DNA of 64,000 bases, taken from the NCBI GenBank assembly GCA_012295275.1, contig CM022677.1:25296001-25360000 (forward strand), given 5' to 3'. This stretch comes from Chrysomallon squamiferum (Eukaryota; Animalia; Mollusca). The notes beneath the pieces were generated by a model. It saw nothing but the letters and a program-made list of their open reading frames with translations. It had not been told where the DNA came from and ran no database searches. Within the stretch, counting starts at the first letter, position 1; each line of letters starts with the position of its first letter. Made by a program: the position numbers and the translations under genes. This document shows positions 57,188-64,000 of the stretch, one piece after another.

Positions 57188-58419
57188 CTACTACTACTAC
57201 TACTATTATTGTTATTATTATTATTATTATTAGTATTACTGTTGTAGCTGTAGTTACTTTTTACTGACGTCGTCGTTGTTGTTCATTTAATTTACTATTT
57301 CTTCTAGTTATTGACTTCTTTCTTTTTCCCTTAATATTCAAACCAGATCAATACTCACAGTCGCTGTATATCAAAACAATACAGAATATTATTTTTATTA
57401 TTATTTTTAATAACAGGAGTACTAATAGTAGTAGTAGTAGTAGTAGTAGCAACAACAGCAGTAGCAGGAGCAGTAGCAGCAGTAGAAGTAGTAGCAGCGT
57501 AGCAACAGCAAAAACAGCAGTTTATTAATATTCATGGTATCGATTATAATGACTGCACTTTGACAGCGTTATAGTGCTGATGAACTTATGGCAATTATGG
57601 GGCCTGTAATTTCAGATTATGCTGTCATTCTCAAGTATACTGATCAATTTTTCTTTCATCATCTAATTGCTATCAAACATCTGATTCTGCAGTTTATGGT
57701 AATAAAACGCCGATAAACAGGCACGCGATTCTGAAATCTGAAAATCTCTGTAGATTGCTTCACAACCAATGAATTATCGAATTAAGGAATGCACACAAGA
57801 GACACGTGTGTTTTTGACACTCGCTGAAAAATATCACACTGGTTTGCGACATCTTTTTCTGAAATGCCCTTTAACTTGTAACACGATTTTCTTTTTTTTT
57901 TCTTTCACGTTTACAGTCCTTTCGGGGGGGGGGATGTCTTCTGTTCCTCTCGTTCACTCTCAGGCAGTTGATTTCAATTCATTTCATAGTATCAAGGATT
58001 TTTTTTTTTTTTTTTTTTTTTTTTTGATTTCTGTAATAATACCGTTGAAGGAAAAGCTCATAAAGATTCATTCCACTCTTTCGCCCCCGGATGTTTTTTT
58101 GTCCATCTTACGAGTCCGAGTTTTTAACCTTGCCTTCCTTTGATATTACCCACAATTCTCTCCGTGCAATATAGTCACTCCGACAGGTCGAGCTGGAACT
58201 GGGCTTCGAGCAAGTAACTGATACAGTTTTTATCAAGTTCGTATTGAATTTAATTTTTTCTTTTCTTTTCTTTTCTTTTCTTTCTGTCTTCGTCATCCTT
58301 AATTATTATTATTCAGTCGTATCTCAAGCTTTTTATGCCTTCTTTCTTTTTATCTTCGCTTTTCATTTGTTTTTTTTTCTTTTTTTTTATTTTTTGTTTT
58401 TTTTGTTCTTTTATTTTAT

Positions 58420-60838
<2,419 letters not shown>

Positions 60839-61456
60839 ATATACAGATATATATATATCTATCTCTCTCTCTATGAATTATTTTCAGACAGGATTCAATA
60901 AATAAATGAATAAATAAATAAATAAATAAATAAATAAAAACAGTTTGAAAACGAGGAATGTTAAAAGCACTGATTTCCCCCAGTAACTCAGTTTGTATTT
61001 ATCCGCTGTAAACTCATTTCCCGTCTTACACACAGGAAATCAAACAGATTCTACACTTAACGATTTTCTGCTTACAAGTGAATTAGGATCTTTCCTGTAC
61101 TCTTTCACTGAGGGTAAGAAAAGGAACACTCACAGACACACACACACACACACACAAAAACTCACATAGTCACACACACACTGATAACACAATCATGTAC
61201 ACACGCACACATCATATCATACACTTACACTCATATACATTTACAAATCTATATATACACGCACTCACGCACAACACACGTACGTACACACTCATAACAG
61301 GCACTCACGAACACACAGTAAACAAGAAAGAAAGAAACACGTCAAGCCTAATACACAAATACCAAACTAAGAGTTGATGGATGACTCTGACTTATACATG
61401 TCTATATACAGTATATAAAATTAAGAGACGAAACTAAGAAGTATATCTGAGACATG

Positions 61457-61580
<124 letters not shown>

Positions 61581-62501
61581 AATATATACAAACATTATAA
61601 AAATCTGATTAAATCTGAAGGTACTGCAGTTAGTAACAGTACTTGTAATGGTGGTTGTGGTAGTAGTTTTATAGTTGCAGGAGCCAACGTCGTAATACTA
61701 TAGCAGCAACATCATTGACAACAGTGTTAACTAGCATAACCAATAACACTAGTATCAGTTCTAAAATTAGTTATAGTAATAGTAGTAAGACTCATAGTAA
61801 ATGTAGCAATAATTGTAGAAATAGTAGTAGTGAAAGTTGTAACAGTAGTAATAGTATTGTTGTGTTGGTCATTTCCTTTTCGTATAATTTTTTTTTTTCC
61901 TTTTATTTCCTATAATGGTAAGAAAACGGAAATAATGGAGTATATAAATGTAAGTCTCTACACTGATCTTTTACTAATGGTCAACACTAGGAATCCATCC
62001 ATCAATATTCAATCCTCCATCTGTTATTCAATTACTTTACTTAGCAACACACACACACATGTGATACATAGAGTATGCAGTGTATCTAGTGAAAGTTACT
62101 TCTCTATACATTAACCATGTGAAAACTTAATTAAAATAAATGTTTGCATTGTTGTTACTGTCAGTATAAAATTCTGAGCATACTTTGGTCATCTATCATT
62201 ATATATTCCGAGTTCAGAACATAGTAGTAGTTGTTGTTGTTGTCGTTGTGGCGCAGACTGACGTCGTGGTTGTGTAGGGAGTTACGGAGTAGTTAGCGGA
62301 GCAGGGTTCAGTGAATTGATAAATCAGTTTGTGGCGGAGTATCAGACGTGTTGCTCGCTCGTGTTAATAAACAGTGTGACCCCAGAGCTTATTAGCAGAT
62401 GAGCAGTGCGCAGTGCATTACGGGATTGACATGTTATCATCACCCAGCGTTATTAGCATCTGTTCACAATTCAAGAGGAAATAAAATAATCTTCTCTCTC
62501 T

Positions 62502-62597
<96 letters not shown>

Positions 62598-62606
62598 GTC
62601 TGACTC

Positions 62607-62637
<31 letters not shown>

Positions 62638-62648
62638 CTCTCTGTCTG

Positions 62649-62768
<120 letters not shown>

Positions 62769-62942
62769 CTCTCTATCTTTTCCCGCTGTCCCTATTTCGA
62801 TTTATCAGCTTCTATCTTTCTATGTATAAACTGTCTAATTTAGTGTTCATTAATCCGGAATGCTGTTATTCTCCTCATGCATCATCTTCGATTATCAGAT
62901 ACAGAAACATTTTCATATCTGTAACAATTCGCATACTGTCAA

Positions 62943-63043
<101 letters not shown>

Positions 63044-63708
63044 ACACACAGACACACACAGACACACACAGGCGACCGTATCCGCGCAACAGCAATAGAC
63101 AATGACGTCAATGAAATGAATTCTATGACGTATTGTTTTTCTTATGACTTCACGTCATGTCTTGAAAAATCATTACGATCTATGACATTGATTAACTGTT
63201 GTACTACAGAGACGTAACTCAACACAGCAACACCAGAACTAACAAAGACAGTTACGTGACAATCTCACGATCAAAATAATCTGTTTAATAATGACAGGTT
63301 CTTCGGTCAGATAACCTGACTTTAGTTCTAGTAGGAGGCACTTAGCTGAAAAGGTCGCAAAAGTGGTTCGTCTGATCTACATCTGTTTGACTAGATTCAT
63401 GATTTATACATATCCCGTCTGTTAAATAAATAAAAATAAAAATGTTGTGTGTTATGTGCTGGGAATTATTATTTATTTATTGGAATGTCTCTCTGTCTGT
63501 CTGTCTGTCTGTCTATCCACCTGTATATCTGTCCCTCTACATTATTATTGTTGTTGTTGTTGTTGTTATTATTATTATTATTAGCATTAGCATTATTATT
63601 ATTATCATCATTATTATTATTGTTATATTGTTATCATCATGACAGTCATCATCATCATTATTATTATTATTATCATTATTATTTTTATTATTATTATTAT
63701 ATTTCCAG

Positions 63709-64000
63709 GTTTTATGCATATAGACGGAATTCGATACACCTTGTAACAAATTCAACAAACGGGCGCCCACAGAGTCAAAAGACGAACACACAAGAAAACA
63801 TCGTCAACGCCAGCAACGAATACGACATCATCGCACAGACTGACGCCATTGTTATAACCCACCCACCCACCCCCCGTCCTCCGCTCCACCTCACCATGCA
63901 GACCAGGGATTCCTCTGTTGCCAGCGGGGACAACCTTTGTCCTTGATAATAACCGTCTTTCATTTCTTCAAAATTATCACGAACTGCTCCTTCATTGTTT
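63709..64000 (+). other. Possible exon of an unidentified downstream gene (UTR or terminal coding)
   Basis: Acceptor-like ATTTCCAG| followed by non-repetitive GC-richer sequence, open to a TGA at 63946; no recognisable protein motif. Confidence 0.25.

Overview
AT-rich eukaryotic (invertebrate-type) genomic DNA saturated with microsatellites; nearly all ORFs in the supplied track are translated simple repeats. Splicing the short unique-sequence islands by hand gives two head-to-head multi-exon paralogous genes. Gene A is on the minus strand (about 13,230 to off the left edge, at least 625 aa). Gene B is on the plus strand (14,801-25,629, about 680 aa). Both encode a predicted type-I membrane protein: signal peptide, two tandem ependymin/EPDR-like (LolA-fold-like) domains, a juxtamembrane domain with ISPLRV, one TM helix and a short tail. 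Intron positions and phases are conserved between them. Each gene has one +1 frameshift, and gene B exon 8 exists only as two scrambled copies, most likely assembly errors. Other notable structure: minisatellites that duplicate splice donors in both genes, a B-box-like array and TFEB/MITF-type E-boxes in or near the shared promoter region, and a ~3.45 kb inverted repeat at 42.6-46.0 kb. No convincing coding exons were found between 26 and 63.7 kb. Family assignment is from motif recognition only; no database search was run.
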